Shown piece after piece: positions 10,964-33,519 of a DNA stretch of 64,000 nt (within the stretch, counting starts at the first letter, position 1; each line of letters starts with the position of its first letter). The notes beneath the pieces were generated by a model, which was given only the letters and a program-made list of their open reading frames with translations, had not been told where the DNA came from and ran no database searches. Both the position numbers and the translations under genes were made by a program. Origin of the DNA: Macrostomum lignano (Eukaryota); NCBI GenBank assembly GCA_002269645.1, contig NIVC01000585.1, forward strand, positions 63,131 to 127,130, read 5' to 3'.

Positions 10964-13900
10964 GCCTCCCGCCTGCTGGAGTCCCGCCTGGCAGCCAGTC
11001 GGGCTCAGATCGCCAGCCTGACGTCCTCGAACTCCGGCAGCCTCGACGCCTCCCGCCTGGAGGCTCTCCGAGCCGAGCAGAGGCAGACCCTGCGGCTGTG
11101 CGAGGGTCTCTACCGGCTCAGCATGGACGACGAGGATGGCGAGACGAAGCCGGCCAAGACCGCCAAGCAGCAGCTGAGGAAATCCGTCGCATTCCAAGAA
11201 ACAAAGACCTCCTCAACGCCAGCCTCCGATGCCTTCATCCGCTCCAGCCTCGCCGAGCTGCGGTCCCTCGCCGAGTTGGAGGCGGCGAAGCCTCCGCAGC
11301 AGCCGTCGACGACGACGCAGAAGTCGAGAAGTCGCGACGATCTCGACGCTACGGAGGGCGAGACGGCGGTTCGTCGGCGCTACCAGGAGCTGCTGCGGTC
11401 CCGCGTCAAGGCGATGTGGTCCGACTTTGACGTGGCCGGAGCGCGCGAGTCGCCCGGCGGCTGGCATCGGCGGCGGCGCTCCGCCTCGCTGGACGGCAGT
11501 CTGGAGGGCAGCGGCGGCGCCAGGAAGACGGTGGGGCCGCTGGTGGCTGAATTCCCCTTCGTTTTTTCTGAATTCCATTTTCGTTTCTTTCAGAATTCCT
11601 CTTCGGTTTTTTTCTGAATTCCCCTTTGTTTGTTCTAAATTCCCCTTCGTTTATTTCTGAATTCCCCTTTCGGTTCTTTCTGAATTCCCCTTCGGTTCTT
11701 TCTGAATTCCCCTTTGTTTGTTCTGAATTACCCTTCGTTTTTTTTAATTCCCCTGTGGTTCTTTCAGAATTCCCTTTCGGTTCTTTCTGGATTCCCCTTC
11801 AGTTCTTTCTGAATTACTCTTCGTTCCTTGCTGAATTCCCCACAGATTTCTCACTCAAAGTCTTTCCATATTAATCCCTGTTATTCGCTACTAGTAATTG
11901 CCAGTAATCCCCGCCCGCCACAGAAGCCGGCCCCCGCCGCAGCCTCCACATCCACCCTGGGCCGCACCATCCCGGAGCCGTTCTCCATGACCCTGCGCGA
12001 GTCGACAGCCGGGCCGGCCTCGCTTCGCAAGAGCCGCTCGCTGCTGCAGTTCGAAGCCGAACGGCGACGCCAGCGGGACGAGGAGGAGGCGGCCTGCCGG
12101 GTCCGTTTCCACGCCAGCCCCGTGCCGGCGCACGTGCGGATGCCGCTGTTCGAGGAGCTGAGCGAGCAGCAGCAGGCGCGCCGGAAGGAGATCCGGGAGC
12201 GAAGTCAGGAGCGGCTGAAGGAGATTGAGAGGCCATTCAGCTTCGCCTCGGAGTCTGGTGAGCCGGGGGGTTCACTTCAGGAATCAGTCAGATTCAATTC
12301 AGAATTCTATCAGCTGCCCTTCAGGATTCTATCAGCTGCCCTTCAGGATTCTATCAGCCACCCTTCAGGATTCTATCAGCTACCCTTCAGGATTCTATCA
12401 GCTGCCCTTCAGGATTCTATCAGCCACCCTTCAGGATTCTATCAGCTGCCCTTCAGGATTCTATCAGCCAACCTTCAGGATTCTATCAGCTGCCCTTCGG
12501 GATTCTATCAGCCACCCTTCAGGATTCTATCAGCTGCCCTTCAGGATTCTATCAGCCAACCTTCAGGATTCTATCAGCTGCCCTTCGGGATTCTATCAGC
12601 CACCCTTCAGGATTCCAACAGCTATCCTTCAGGATTCAATCAGCTACCCTTCAGGATTTCATCAGCTACCCTTCAGGATTCCAACAGCTACCCTTCAGGA
12701 TTCCAACAGCTACCCTTCAGGATTCTATCAGCTACCATTCAGGATTCCATCAGCTACCCTTCAGGATTCAATCAGCTACCCTTCAGGATTCCATCAGCTA
12801 CCCTTCAGGATTCTATCAGCCACCCTTCAGGATTATATCAGCCACCCTTCAGGATTCTATCAGCTACCCTTCAGGATTCTATCAGCCACCCTTCAGGATT
12901 CTATCAGCTACCCTTCAGGATTCCATCAGCTACCCTTCAGGATTTCATCAACTACCCTTCAGGATTCCATCAGCTACCCTTCAGGATTCCATCAGCTACC
13001 CTTCAGGATTCAATCAGCTACCCTTCAGGATTTCATCAGCTACCCTTCAGGATTCAATGAGCTACCCTTCAGGATTCTGAACCCACTGACCGCCCACCAC
13101 CTCGCAGCAGCCCGACCGGAAGCCCCGCGCAGCTCTGCCGCCGCCCCGGCCGCTGCCGCCGACTTCCGCGCCAGGCCGGTGCCGCCCACCAGCAGCTCCG
13201 GAGAGGCCGTCCGCGCCCGGCAGCAGCTGCGCGAGGAGGACGAGCTGCTCCGGCAGATCCGCATCCGCATGCGCTCCGAGGAGCTGCTGGGCCGCAGCGC
13301 CACGCCAGGCGAGATGGCGGACAGGCAGCGCCGGATGGAGGAGCTGCGGAAGTCCCGGCTGGCCGCCAAGTACGGCGAGGTCGACGACGGGAAGGCAGCG
13401 ACTTCTTCCAAGCAGAAGCAGCAGAAAAAGCAGAAGAAGAAAAGCCAGCTGGCTGGCGCTGACCCGCCGGACTTCAAGCGGCTGCACTGGAGCTTCGGCC
13501 AGGAGCTGCTGACGTCATCGTCTGCCGCCGTCAGTGCCGCAGGGGGCCGCGTGGCCACCAGGACGAAGCCGTTCAAACTGCGGACGGAGCAGCGGCTGCA
13601 GCGACGGCCGGGCAGCGCGCCGCAGGCTGCCAGCACCGCGGCCTCTTTGAATATCCCGGCGCCCATGAAGTCAAGCGCTAAGGTTTGATGGCTCACCGAA
13701 GTCTTTGACTGATACTCATTGATCCCCATTGATTCCCATTGATTCCCATTGATCCTCATTGATCCTCATTGATCCTCATTAATCCTCATTAATCCCCAAT
13801 GATCCCCATTGATCCTCATTGATCCCCATTGATCCTCATTGATCCTCATTGATCCTCATTGATCCTCATTGATCATCATTGATCCTCATTGATCCTATTG

Positions 13901-16317
13901 ATCCCATTGATCCTCATTGATCCTCATTGATCCCCATTGATACTCATTGATCCTCATTGATCATCATTGATCCTCATTGATCCTATTGATCCTCATTGAT
14001 CCTCATTGATCCTCATTGATCCCCATTGATCCTCAATAATCCCTAATCTATCCTTAATGATCCCAACTTGATCCCCACCGCAGCCGGGTTCCAACGGCGC
14101 AGTCGCGGACTTCGCCACCCGCTCCCGCCACACGCTGGTTCGCTACGAGGAGGCACCGCCCGCCCGCCTCACCCAGTCAGCGATGCTGCGCGAGGCCCGT
14201 CGCGACGCCGAGCGCCAGGCTGAGGAGCGGCGCCGGCGCCAGACGCGCTCAACGACTACGAGGCGCCAGGCGGTGCAGCGAGAGCTTGCGGAGTCGGTGC
14301 GGGCGAGCGTCAGCCTGGCGGCCGCGGGCTCGGGGCCCAGCATCTCGGAGCGAACGAGGGAGAAGCTGGAAGCTCAGCGGTGAGCTCAGCGGTGACTCAG
14401 GATACCTAGTCTCGAATTCTTTATCTTCAATCTCAGATCCTCAATCTCAGATCCCCAATATCAGGTCCCCAATCTTAGATCCTCAATCTCAGATCCCCAA
14501 TCTCAGGTCCCCAATCTTAGATCCCAATCTCAGATCCCCAATCTCAGATCCCCAATCTCAGATCCTCAATCTCAGATCCCCAATCTCAGGTCCCCAATCT
14601 CAGATCCCCAATCTCAGATCCTCAATCTTAGATCCCCAATCTCAGATCCCCAATCTCAGATCCTCAATCTCAGGTCCCCAATCTTAGATCCCCAATCTCG
14701 GATCCCCAATCTCAGATCCCCAATCTCAGATCCTCAATCTCAGATCCCCAATCTCAGGTCCCCAATCTTAGATCCCCAATCTCAGATCCCCAATCTTAGA
14801 TCCCCAATCTCAGATCCCCAATCTCAGATCCTCAAACTCAGGTCCCCAATCTTAGATCCCCAATCTCAGATCCCTAATCTCAGATCCCCAATCTCAGATC
14901 CTCAATCTCAGATCCCCAATCTCAGGTCCCCAATCTTAGATCCCCAATCTCAGATCCCCAATCTTAGATCCCCAATCTCAGATCCCCAATCTCAGATCCT
15001 CAATCTCAGATCCCCAATCTCAGATCCTCAATCTCAGATCCCCAATCTCAGGTCCCCAATCTCAGATCCTTAATCTCAGGTCCCCAATCTTAGATCCCCA
15101 ATCTCGGATCCCCAATCTCAGATCCCCAATCTCAGATCCTCAATCTCAGATCCCCAATCTCAGGTCCCCAATCTTAGATCCCCAATCTCAGATCCCCAAT
15201 CTTAGATCCCCAATCTCAGATCCCCAATCTCAGATCCTCAATCTCAGATCCCCAATCTCAGATCCCCAATCTCAGATCCCCAATCTCAGATCCTCAATCT
15301 CAGATCCTCAATCTCAGATCCTCAATTTCAGATCCCCAATCTCAGATCCCCAATATCAGATCCCAAATCTCACTATTCAATCCCAAACAGGGAGCAGGAA
15401 GAGGCCTACAAGCAGAGGCTGCAGGAGATTAAGGAGAAAATGAAGCAACGTGATCTGCTGGTTGTGCAGCAAGCGAAGGTGAGCTCCGTTCCTGAACCCT
15501 TGCATCATCCTTGAGTCAGGCTGTCGTTTGACTGCTGGAATTTCCTCTGCAATATTTTCCCTCAGCTGATTGCGCAACAGCGAGCCCAGGCCAAGTACCG
15601 CAAGACCCTAGAGGAGGCGGGCCTGGACCCCAAGGAGGTGGACGAGAATGCCAAACAGTACCAGGAAGGAGACTTGCAGTCCTACACCCAGGAGTTTGAG
15701 GAGGACTATGAGCGGGACTCGCCAGGTAAGCAGCTCATGACCTCACTCATGACCTCACTCATGAACTCACTCATGAACTCACTCATGAACTCACTTATGA
15801 ACTCACTCATTAACTCACTCATGAACTCACTCATGAACTCACTCATGAACTCACTAATGAACTCACTCATGAACTCACCCATGAACTCACTCATGAACTC
15901 ACTAATGAACTCACTCATGAACTCACTCATGAACTCACTCATGAACTCACTCATTAACTCACCTATGAACTCACTCATTAACTCACTCATGAACTCACTA
16001 ATGAACTCATTCATGAACTCACTAATGAACTCACTCATGAACTCACTCATGAACTCACCCATGAACTCACTCATGAACTCACTCATTAACTCACTTATGA
16101 ACTCACTCATTAACTCGCTCATAAACCCTCACTCATTAACTCACTCATGAACTCACTCTTATTTCAAAGTACATCGTGAACTAATTTTTTTGCCCTCCCA
16201 ACCGCCCCTGCAGCAGCAGTCAGCGAAGAAGATGAGGAGGTCAGCGACCGGGTCAGCAGTGGCAGTGGCGGGGAGCTGGGAGCCACAACTCGCGCGGAGG
16301 CTGCGGTGGCCGAGTGA
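10964..16317 (+). CDS. FAM161: FAM161A/B-like centriolar/ciliary microtubule-binding protein; exons 10964-11530, 11924-12257, 13111-13682, 14084-14379, 15391-15478, 15566-15725, 16214-16317
   Basis: All GT-AG junction phases match. Motifs include TIPEPFSMTLRE, FHASPVPAHVRMPLFEEL..RR..ERPFSF, DFRARPVP, PPDFKRLH, TKPFKLRTE, RLTQSAMLR and KYRKTLEEAGLD. Confidence 0.85.
11548..11850. repeat. Degenerate ~22-bp intronic minisatellite (CTGAATTCCCCTTCGTTTTT-like)
   Basis: Recurrent GAATTCCCC units filling the FAM161 intron 11531-11923. Confidence 0.85.
12300..13080. repeat. 22-bp intronic minisatellite (CCTTCAGGATTCTATCAGCTAC)
   Basis: Direct tandem periodicity within intron 12258-13110. Confidence 0.95.
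13715..14072. repeat. 10-bp intronic minisatellite (GATCCTCATT/GATCCCCATT)
   Basis: Direct tandem periodicity within intron 13683-14083. Confidence 0.95.
14425..15370. repeat. 14-bp intronic minisatellite (GATCCCCAATCTCA)
   Basis: Direct tandem periodicity within intron 14380-15390. Confidence 0.95.
15733..16160. repeat. 12-bp intronic minisatellite (TCACTCATGAAC)
   Basis: Direct tandem periodicity. The same unit occurs at 36283-37835. Confidence 0.95.
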
Positions 16318-17029
16318 GCAGTGATGAGGCTGAAATCATTGTTTTTCTTCATAAAGTTTGTACTGTTACATTTTTCTGTTTTTTATTGTCTTGTTAAAGA
16401 AAGCTAGCAAAACCCTAGTTTTCTACTGACCAAATCGTTACCAGTAGGCTAATCCGAATTTTATGTTAAAGTCTAAGCGTATGAAAATATTAATGATGCA
16501 AGCATTTATCTAAGATAGATTATAGTAAGCAAAACAGCTAGGCTATACTCTCACACACTGGCTGTGAAACCACTTGACATTCATCTTTAACAAGAATATT
16601 TTATTTATCTTATTCCTAGCAGTAGCATATAAAGCAGTAGCATTCCTTCCGCTTTCCCTTCACAGAATTTTTATGCACCATTTTTTGTTATTTTCTGCAA
16701 ATAGTGGTTTTTATTGTAAACTTATACGGATTTCATAGGGATCTGTGTGTCGGATTTTGCTCAACTGGAGTGAGCAGCTTCTCATCAGTACTGTGTATTG
16801 TAATTTAAAAACTGGTTATTCGCGCTACCCTTATCATGCTGTAATAACTTGATTTATTATTTCTGTGTTACAGATGCACAATATTGCCAGGTGCAAAATT
16901 TGGGTTAATAAAATTGCTTAAACTGAACTATATTGTCCTTTTGAGCATCACGGCTGCAAAATGCAAATCTAATTGGTTTAACTTTTTTCCTTAACTTACG
17001 TAGCAACTATCTTGATATTGACACCTGCA

Positions 17030-17700
17030 GATTGGGATATAGACACTGCAGATTGGGATACAGACACTGCAGATTGGGATATAGACACTGCAGACTGGGA
17101 TATAGACACTGCAGATTGGGATATAGACACTGCGGATTGGGATATAGACACTGCAGATTGGGATACAGACACTGCAGATTGGGATACAGACACTGCGGAT
17201 TGGGATATATAGACACTGCGGATTGGGATATAGACAGATTGGGATATAGACACTGCGGATTGGGATACAGACACTGCGGATTGGGATACAGACACTGCAG
17301 ATTGGGATACAGACACTGCAGATTGGGATACAGACACTGCAGATTGGGATACAGACACTGCAGATTGGGATACAGACACTGCAGATTGGGATACAGACAC
17401 TGCAGATTGGGATACAGACACTGCAGATTGGGATATAGACACTGCGGATTGGGATACAGACACTGCAGATTGGGATACAGACACTGCGGATTGGGATATA
17501 GACACTGCGGATTGGGATATAGACAGATTGGGATATAGACACTGCGGATTGGGATATAGACACTGCAGATTGGGATACAGACACTGCAGATTGGGATATA
17601 GACACTGCAGATTGGGATACAGACACTGCAGATTGGGATATAGACACTGCAGATTGGGATATATACACTGCAGATTGGGATATAGATATACAGATTGGGA
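17030..17700. repeat. 21-bp minisatellite (ATTGGGATATAGACACTGCAG)
   Basis: Direct tandem periodicity. Confidence 0.95.
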
Positions 17701-18339
17701 TCTCAGATTGGCCTCACGCCTTGGCTGCTTTGTGAAAGAAGCAGTTGACTGCCACAGTGGCTTATACAACAATTTCGCCCCAATAAGTTATTAAACAGTC
17801 GCCCATATCAAGCGAATCGCTGTCACTCGCAGAGAGAAGTTTCATCGAGTTTTTTAAACCGAAATTATGATTCTGTGTGGAACAAAAGATCGGGCACACA
17901 GTGCCGTGTCTGCAGCCCCTCGCCAACCAGATGTTTGCCACGCGGGGGATTTCGGACTCCAGCCTTTAATTTCTTCGGCCTGTTCAAGCAGATTTTGAGC
18001 AGAAGAATTGCTTTTTTCTTCAGCTAAATAGACTAGAAATTTGCTTTCGCGCTCTCCAGATGGTTCCGCCACGTTTCCTGTGCCCAGAGCTCTGCTTTCG
18101 CCAAGCCTTGTGGGGGTTTCGCTTCCCACTGTTCCTCTCAATTAATAATCTTTTTAATGAGCCTCATCTAGCAATTATTTTTGAACTTTTACTCTGGTTT
18201 CTCGCAACATCTCGCTTCTCTGATGAGCTTCGATGCAGGGCGCCAGTCTCGTACATTTATAACAAATTATAAGTAAGATTTATGAAATATTGGGGATGAG
18301 AAATATGAGAGATGAGAAATGAGATCTCATAGCTCACAG

Positions 18340-19010
18340 ATCTCATAAATCTCACCCTCCATTTCTCACAGCTCTCACCCTCCATCTCTCAGATCTCACC
18401 CTCTATCTCTCAGATCTCACCCTCTATCTCTCACAGATCTCACCCTCCATTTCTCACAGCTCTCACCCTCCATCTCTCACGGATCTCACCCTCCATCTCT
18501 CACAGATCTCACCCTCTATCTCTCAGATCTCACCCTCCATCTCTCTCAGATCTCACTCTCCATCTCTCACGGATCTCACCCTCCATCTCTCACAGATCTC
18601 ACCCTCCATCTCTCACAGATCTCACCCTCCATCTCTCACAGATCTCACCCTCCATCTCTCACAGATCTCACCCTCCATCTCTCACAGATCTCACCCTCCA
18701 TCTCTCACAGATCTCACCCTCCATCTCTCACAGATCTCACCCTCAATCTCTCACAGATCTCACCCCCAATCTCTCACAGATCTCACCCTCCATCTCTCAC
18801 AGATCTCACCCTCCATCTCTCACAGATCTCACCCTCCATCTCTCACAGATCTCACCCTCTATCTCTCAGATCTCACCCTCCATCTCTCACAGATCTCACC
18901 CCCAATCTCTCACAGATCTCACCCTCCATCTCTCACAGATCTCACCCTCCATCTCTCACAGATCTCACCCTCCATCTCTCACGGATCTCACCCTCCATCT
19001 CATAGATCTT
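18340..19010. repeat. 23-bp minisatellite (CACCCTCCATCTCTCACAGATCT)
   Basis: Direct tandem periodicity. Confidence 0.95.
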
Positions 19011-20167
19011 AGAAGATCGATGAGGTTACAGAAGCTCTCATTTCATTCCCGAAAAAATAAAAATTCTGGGAAAAGAAGCCAATTAGCCCATGCTCCATCA
19101 CATGCAGCCTTTCTAAACACGGTTGTAGCAAAAGCCAAACACGGGATTCTGCATAAGGTCTGCTTGCTTCATCTCTCTCTCTCTCTCTCTCTCTCTCTGG
19201 CTCCGACCTCCCGCAGAGCAGAAGAGACTCCAGCTGGTTTTTGGAGGACTGAAAACTGCTCTGAATCTTTCTGTTAGTCAGTCCACTGAGTGCTGACTTG
19301 AGTATAGAGGTGGGCAGACAGGGATAACTGGGATGATTTCTGGACTGAGAGACGAAGCCAAGTTAGTTTGGGATTTGCAAGCGTTGCACCTTGACTGGAG
19401 TGATTTTGCTGGCTGAGGTTCGCACCATGGAGCACCTCTGGGCAAGAATTCTCTGGATTGCAAGCTGGAGGCTTTGAGCTTCCAATCCAGATTTCAGATC
19501 TAACGAAATCCATGGACTCCAGCTATCTGGCTTCACTCTCCAATGCGATGCACATGTAGGGAAATGTTTTAGGAACCAATTTGAGTAAGGAGGGGAAGTT
19601 GACTGTCTTATCCCCTGCAGTCAGCCCGGTTCTCCCAGCCCCCCGGTGAGTCTGCGGGTGATGATGAAGAAAAAGCCGGGAGAAGCTGGATGTCTCCCCG
19701 GAAAAGATTTGGGAAGAAAGAGCAACAGTTTGCGGCTTTCCCATGGCGCCCCGCAGGGTCGCACCGCCCCCTCTCTCTATCTCACTTTTTCTCCCACTCT
19801 GCAATTCCTTCTAGTCGCGCATTGCTCGCGAGTCCCGCAGCAGTCTTTGAGTTGCTTGGCGTCTGCTGCAGCTCAGGGCGGGGCAGTCCTGCATTGTCTT
19901 CCGCTCTCATCGCCACCTCCTCAACTTGCCAGCACCTGTAAAGCCATTGTTGTCTTGAGTCCCACTGCTGCTCTGCTCAGTCTTCGGCTTTTGAAAGACA
20001 CGGCAGAGGCTGAGAGGCCGCCCTCTCGCGCAGCCCAGATTTCACAATTCTCAAAGGCAGAAAACACAATGCGGCCTTGGAGTGGAGCTGCACAATGCAA
20101 TGCTTTCAAGCGGGTAACATCAGCTTAACCCAGTGTGTTCTTGTCTGCCTGTCAGGTGCAAAGAGAT

Positions 20168-21232
<1,065 letters not shown>

Positions 21233-22262
21233 CCCCAAGCTGATTCGCAATTTAATTGGCAATTTCTTTCTGTGTGGCGAACTTGTTGCAGAAACTCAGA
21301 TGATGATGCGAGGATGACTGGGACATGCAAAATCTCATCGCGCGAGTCCCCTCTCTGCTTTCCTACCTGTGTCTCCCAGCGGGGTGACGGGGTGGAGGCT
21401 GTAGCTGATAAATGAATTATTCACGGCCTCATCGCGGGGCCCTCCGTGAAACAGATTTGAATGGCCGACCCTCAGCCAGGACCGGCCGGACACCCGGAGA
21501 TGAACTGCTGCTGCTGCTGGGCCACCCGCACCACCTGTGCCGGACTTTGACAAATCCCTAAAGCCCAATGTTTGGGGATTTTATTATATATCAGTGGCGG
21601 GATCCCCCATCCCAGAGCAGAACTCAAAGCCATATAATCCGCCTCGCTGCGTCCCCATCTCTAATCCGCACCTGGCGGAGGCTGAGAGCTGAGGGGTTGA
21701 CAGAAACTTGTTGATGATGGCGCATGCGGGACCGCGGCTTCTGCTGCTCCTGTGCCTCCCTGATTGTCTCCGCAGCCCCATTGTTGCGGCTGCTGCTGCC
21801 CGCCTGAACGAGCAAGCAGACTTTGGGCAGAGAAAAAAAGCAAAATAAAAACGAAATGATGGCACGCAGAAACCTGCGCGGGTCTGTAGGGAGGGGGGGG
21901 GTCAGCTCCCCAGAAATTCCCAAAGCAAAGCAGAGGCAAAAGACAAGCGGCGGGAGGAGGCCCCAACATTTCTCCCGCATCTCCTCTGTTTCTGGGGCTC
22001 CGGCGGTTTTTTGGCTTTTTTTCTGTTGTTGACCGCCGCCACTTGGTGTGGTGAAGCCTTTTCTGAAGTCTTCTTTCCTTGAAGCAGAAGTTGCCTCGGC
22101 TGTCGCCGGCAAGAGGCATCCAACAATTGAGAGGAGCGGCCCTGCTGAGTCTCCTCATTCCCAAATTAGGGGTCTGCAGGCCCTTTTTCCTTTCGCAGAG
22201 TCAACTCCGCAAAGTTCTTAGGCTTGTCACGGTGAGTGGGAGGCCAAGCTTCCAGGTTTCCC

Positions 22263-22264
<2 letters not shown>

Positions 22265-22337
<73 letters not shown>
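22265..22337. repeat. (CT)n microsatellite
   Basis: Perfect dinucleotide run. Confidence 0.98.
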
Positions 22338-22340
<3 letters not shown>

Positions 22341-24667
22341 CTTTGCTGAACTTCCTACTCACCTACTCACCTTCGCCCTGAGATTGTCTAAGCCAGAAGG
22401 CACCATGCCGATTCATGTCCAGCAGAGGCCCTCTGCACTCGACTTTCTGAAACACATGCACAATAAATATTACCATAATTTTTTCGATCGCAATACAAGC
22501 GAGTTGGGGAAAAGTGTACTGTACTACCCGTAAAATGAGTAACCTAACACAGTTTGTTGCACTTTTCTGCACATTTTTCCAACTTTTCGATATGTCTGTC
22601 GGGCTTTATGAGCCAAAAGTTTGAGAAGAACTGGTCCAGTCAGAGCTCCCTTGTCTCCAGCCTCATCCAGACTCGGTGTCAAAAGCTTTACAAACAATCG
22701 CCCGCGCAGTTTTAACCGCCTCTTCAAAGCACAAAACTGCGACAGATAGCAATCTCTGGGAGGCTTCAAACGAAACGGATGAAAAAAGCTACTATAGAAT
22801 ACTCGAACAATGAAACTGATATAATGACCTGAGGGTGCTCCTCCCACTGTCTGTGCTAGCACTAACAGTTGTTCTCTAAAACCAACTACGGAGGACTCCG
22901 GGGTGACAACTGAGGCAGCCTCCGGGCAGTAAAAATTCACCTTGCTGACAATCAACAATGGGCTCAGACTATGAGCAATAAAGCCGACCGAAGGCTGCAT
23001 CTCTTCCTCATCAGCTCAGGGTGCCCGCATCTGCGCAGCAACCCCAGCTCCGCCAGCATCGTGGATGGAGTGGAGAGTCTGCAAGCTAACTCACTGCCCT
23101 TCATCGCGTGTGTGTGGGGGGGGGTTGCGGAGAGGGGATCAGGGAGGCAGCTGTTGCTTATAATAATTATCCCTGAAACCCGCGAACCCGCCGAAACTTC
23201 TGGCGATCGCGGCTGACAAAAAAGCCGGCGGAGGTCGCCAGTCAAGAGCGGGCAGCCGGGCGCGCAGCCTGCTGGTGCGGAGTGGCTCGAAAATGCAGCC
23301 GATATTTTTTGATGAAAAAAAAACTGATACATGCAGGAAGCGGGAGAGGCATTAATCTCCCCCATGCTCTGCTCCGGAGGCACTGAGTGACTCCTTCAGT
23401 CTTTGTTTTTGTTCTTAACAAATTGCTCACCCATCGCCCCGCCCTCTTCTGCGGTTTGGGGGGAAGCAAAAAAATCTTGATTTGGGATTTTCTCCACCGC
23501 CTACAGGTTTTGAATGCCGCACGTGTCCAGCAGAATTGCTCTGTGAGTTATGAATTATGAATTTATGATTAGGGAAGATTCTCCCCTCTCCCCAGTCCAA
23601 AGCCACCGATGAGAATGTCGATATTTGATGGATTCGGGAAAAAAATTGGGGAATTGCCGAAATTCGGTCTGCAACTTTCTCTTTTTTCCGTATTGAAAGT
23701 CTCTGGGAGAATTTCTGATTTGATTGGCAGTGGATCTGGTGGGCAGAGCTCATTCTCACATTCTGTTGTATCCGTTTTTGTTTCAAGTTTCAGCAAAACC
23801 ATAATTCTTCTCGCAACAGCCCAACCTGTCGTCGATGTCGTCTATCCCAGAAGAGAAAAAGAGGGAGGCAGGAAAATCTCAGCTGCGGAGTGCTTCAGCC
23901 TCCCGAAATTGAAGGCAAACACCCGATCCCTACAGGTGTGCTCAAGCAGAGGGAAATCTGGCCGCCCCTCGGACTTCGGATACTCAACTGGTCGCTGGAA
24001 AATTGCAATCTTTAATAATTTAGCCGCAATAATTCTTAACTTGCGAGCCCGCCTGTCCGGCTCGCTCGCTACCTGCCGCGCAGATTTTAATGACTAATTT
24101 GCCCCCCCCCGGCGAGGAGAGAAGGGGCAACGTTTCCTGGAAAGGCTACTTGCCACTGGAAATTGTTTAGCGGTCCCGATTGGGGCATGAATAAATTATG
24201 CTAATTAAACACCGACCGACCCCAGTCCCCAAGGCGCAATCCTGGCTCACCCACTCTCCGCAGCCTCCCGCTCAGCTCCTGGATCAAGAGGGTTTTTTGA
24301 AAGCGCGGCCCCGGCCAGCCCAGTGATTGGCATTGATTTGGAGTCGGCTGCCTCCAGCTTCAGGTCGCTCGCGCGCCTTCCCCCAGATTGAAGATTTTCA
24401 AGCGGCCGGCCCACCTGCTGAACTGCAGCTCAGCTCTCAGGAGTGGCGGAGGCTGCGGCATTGATTGCCCAGCTCTGCTTTCATTCCTCCTGCTCAGCCA
24501 AGCGCTCACTCGATGGCTTTCATGGACACCAGCAGCCGATGCCTTGGAAGACTGGATGGGAATCTCAGCTCAGCCAGGTGCAAATGACTCTACAGGCTTA
24601 GGCAAATTTGTCCAGAGGCGGGTTTAGAAATATAAAATGAGGGGGGGACTTGAATCATGAGTGAATC

Positions 24668-24975
24668 ATGGTGCCATAATGTACCCTAGAGGGGTGCCAT
24701 AATGTAACCCTAGAGGGGCGCCATAATGTACCCTAGAGGGGTGCCATAATGTACCCTAGAGGGGTGCCATAATGTAACCCTAGAGGGGCGCCATAATGTA
24801 CCCTGGAGGGGCGCCATAATGTACCCTAGAGGGGCGCCATAATGTACCCTGGAGGGGCGCCGTAATGTACCCAAGAGGGGCGCCATAATGTACCCTGGAG
24901 GGGCGCCATAATGTACCCTGGAGGGGCGCCGTAATTTACCCAAGAGGGGCGCCATAATATACACTAGAGGCGCCA
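24668..24975. repeat. ~24-bp minisatellite (GCGCCATAATGTACCCTAGAGGGG)
   Basis: Direct tandem periodicity. Confidence 0.93.
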
Positions 24976-26017
24976 TACAGAGCAAAGTGAGGGCGCTGAG
25001 AACCTTTTTAGGGCAAAGGAAAAGGGGCGCCATTGTATCATCGCCATGCAGTCACAAGGGGCCCTCCGCCCCCACCCCCTAAATCCACCACTGAAGTCTG
25101 AATTCGTCACAGCCGTCACATCATTTTTTATTATTTAAAAACAAAAATTCTCTGCTTAACAACAATAAAAGCTCGTTACAATTATTACTTTGTTAAAACT
25201 TTTTAAATTAATAGCTATATGTACAAATTTAATTTAAAACAAAAGTTTAGTTTTTTAGTGCATTGCATATTGAATAGGTAGAATAGTGGTTAAAAGTTTA
25301 CTGCATTTGACCAGAGAAATTTTTAATAGTTGATTTGTAAGTTTTTATATAAATAAAAATAAAAAAAAAATAAATTTTAAATAAATAAAATTTTATTTTA
25401 CATCATTCTCGAGTATTATAACATATAATGATCATAAATTCTTAATTTTTTATTTTAGTAGAGCTAGTATTGTAGGATACGACGACGTACGACGAACGTT
25501 AAAATTTAATTAATAATAATTATAGTAGTTGAGTGACTATATTCTGGCTATAAGTTCAGATAATTAAGTTATTTTAATTTTAATCAGAAAACAGAAGTTA
25601 GAGAAAAATACTTTTTTGACACAGGCCGCCAGTTCTAACCGGGCACCCTAATATGACAATCAAATTGCACATAGTATAACAAATAAATATCCAAATCGTA
25701 AGTAGACTCAATAAACCGTTAATAACGTTATAAAACACAACATTTGATTCGATTACTAAATATAGATTGTAGAAATTAGTTAACAATAACAATCAAATCA
25801 AATGTATGGTTGATAAAGTATGTCATGTAAAATTACATATACGCTCGTACTGTAACAAATATGCGCGTAAATACAATGAATAATTAAACATCATTTATTT
25901 AATTTACGAAGTTGCACTTATGCAAAGTACATTCACACAGCAAGTCTGACTGCCTGCAAAAACTACCTGCGTCCACCAATTCATGTACATGAAATTTTTT
26001 TTTGAAATTTTCGCATT

Positions 26018-33186
<7,169 letters not shown>

Positions 33187-33519
33187 CGGCACTGGAGTTA
33201 TCGCAGCAAATCTTAACAAAAGAACTGGGGCTTAAAGAGATATTACAGAGCGCTAATCAGATATATTTGCTTTTGCAGTCTACTGCAGTGCTTGAGGGAG
33301 ACCCAACAGCAACAGTTTTAAACCAAGTTGTGCAGCCTTCTGGTGCTCAGAGGCGGATAAAACAAGGGGATAAATGGGGGCGAGAGTTCCGGCGGAGAGT
33401 GGCGCGGACCAATCAGCGCAGAGCAGGTCCCGGCACCCCATTGGTCGGGCATTCCCGGCTCTCAGGGATTCTCTGCGTGACACAGGTGTCTTCTGCTGGA
33501 GCTTCGGTGACAGCCACCA

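Noticed and set aside
21335-24627. Overlapping 60-170-aa ORFs on both strands
   Set aside because: No recognisable domain and no consistent exon chain.
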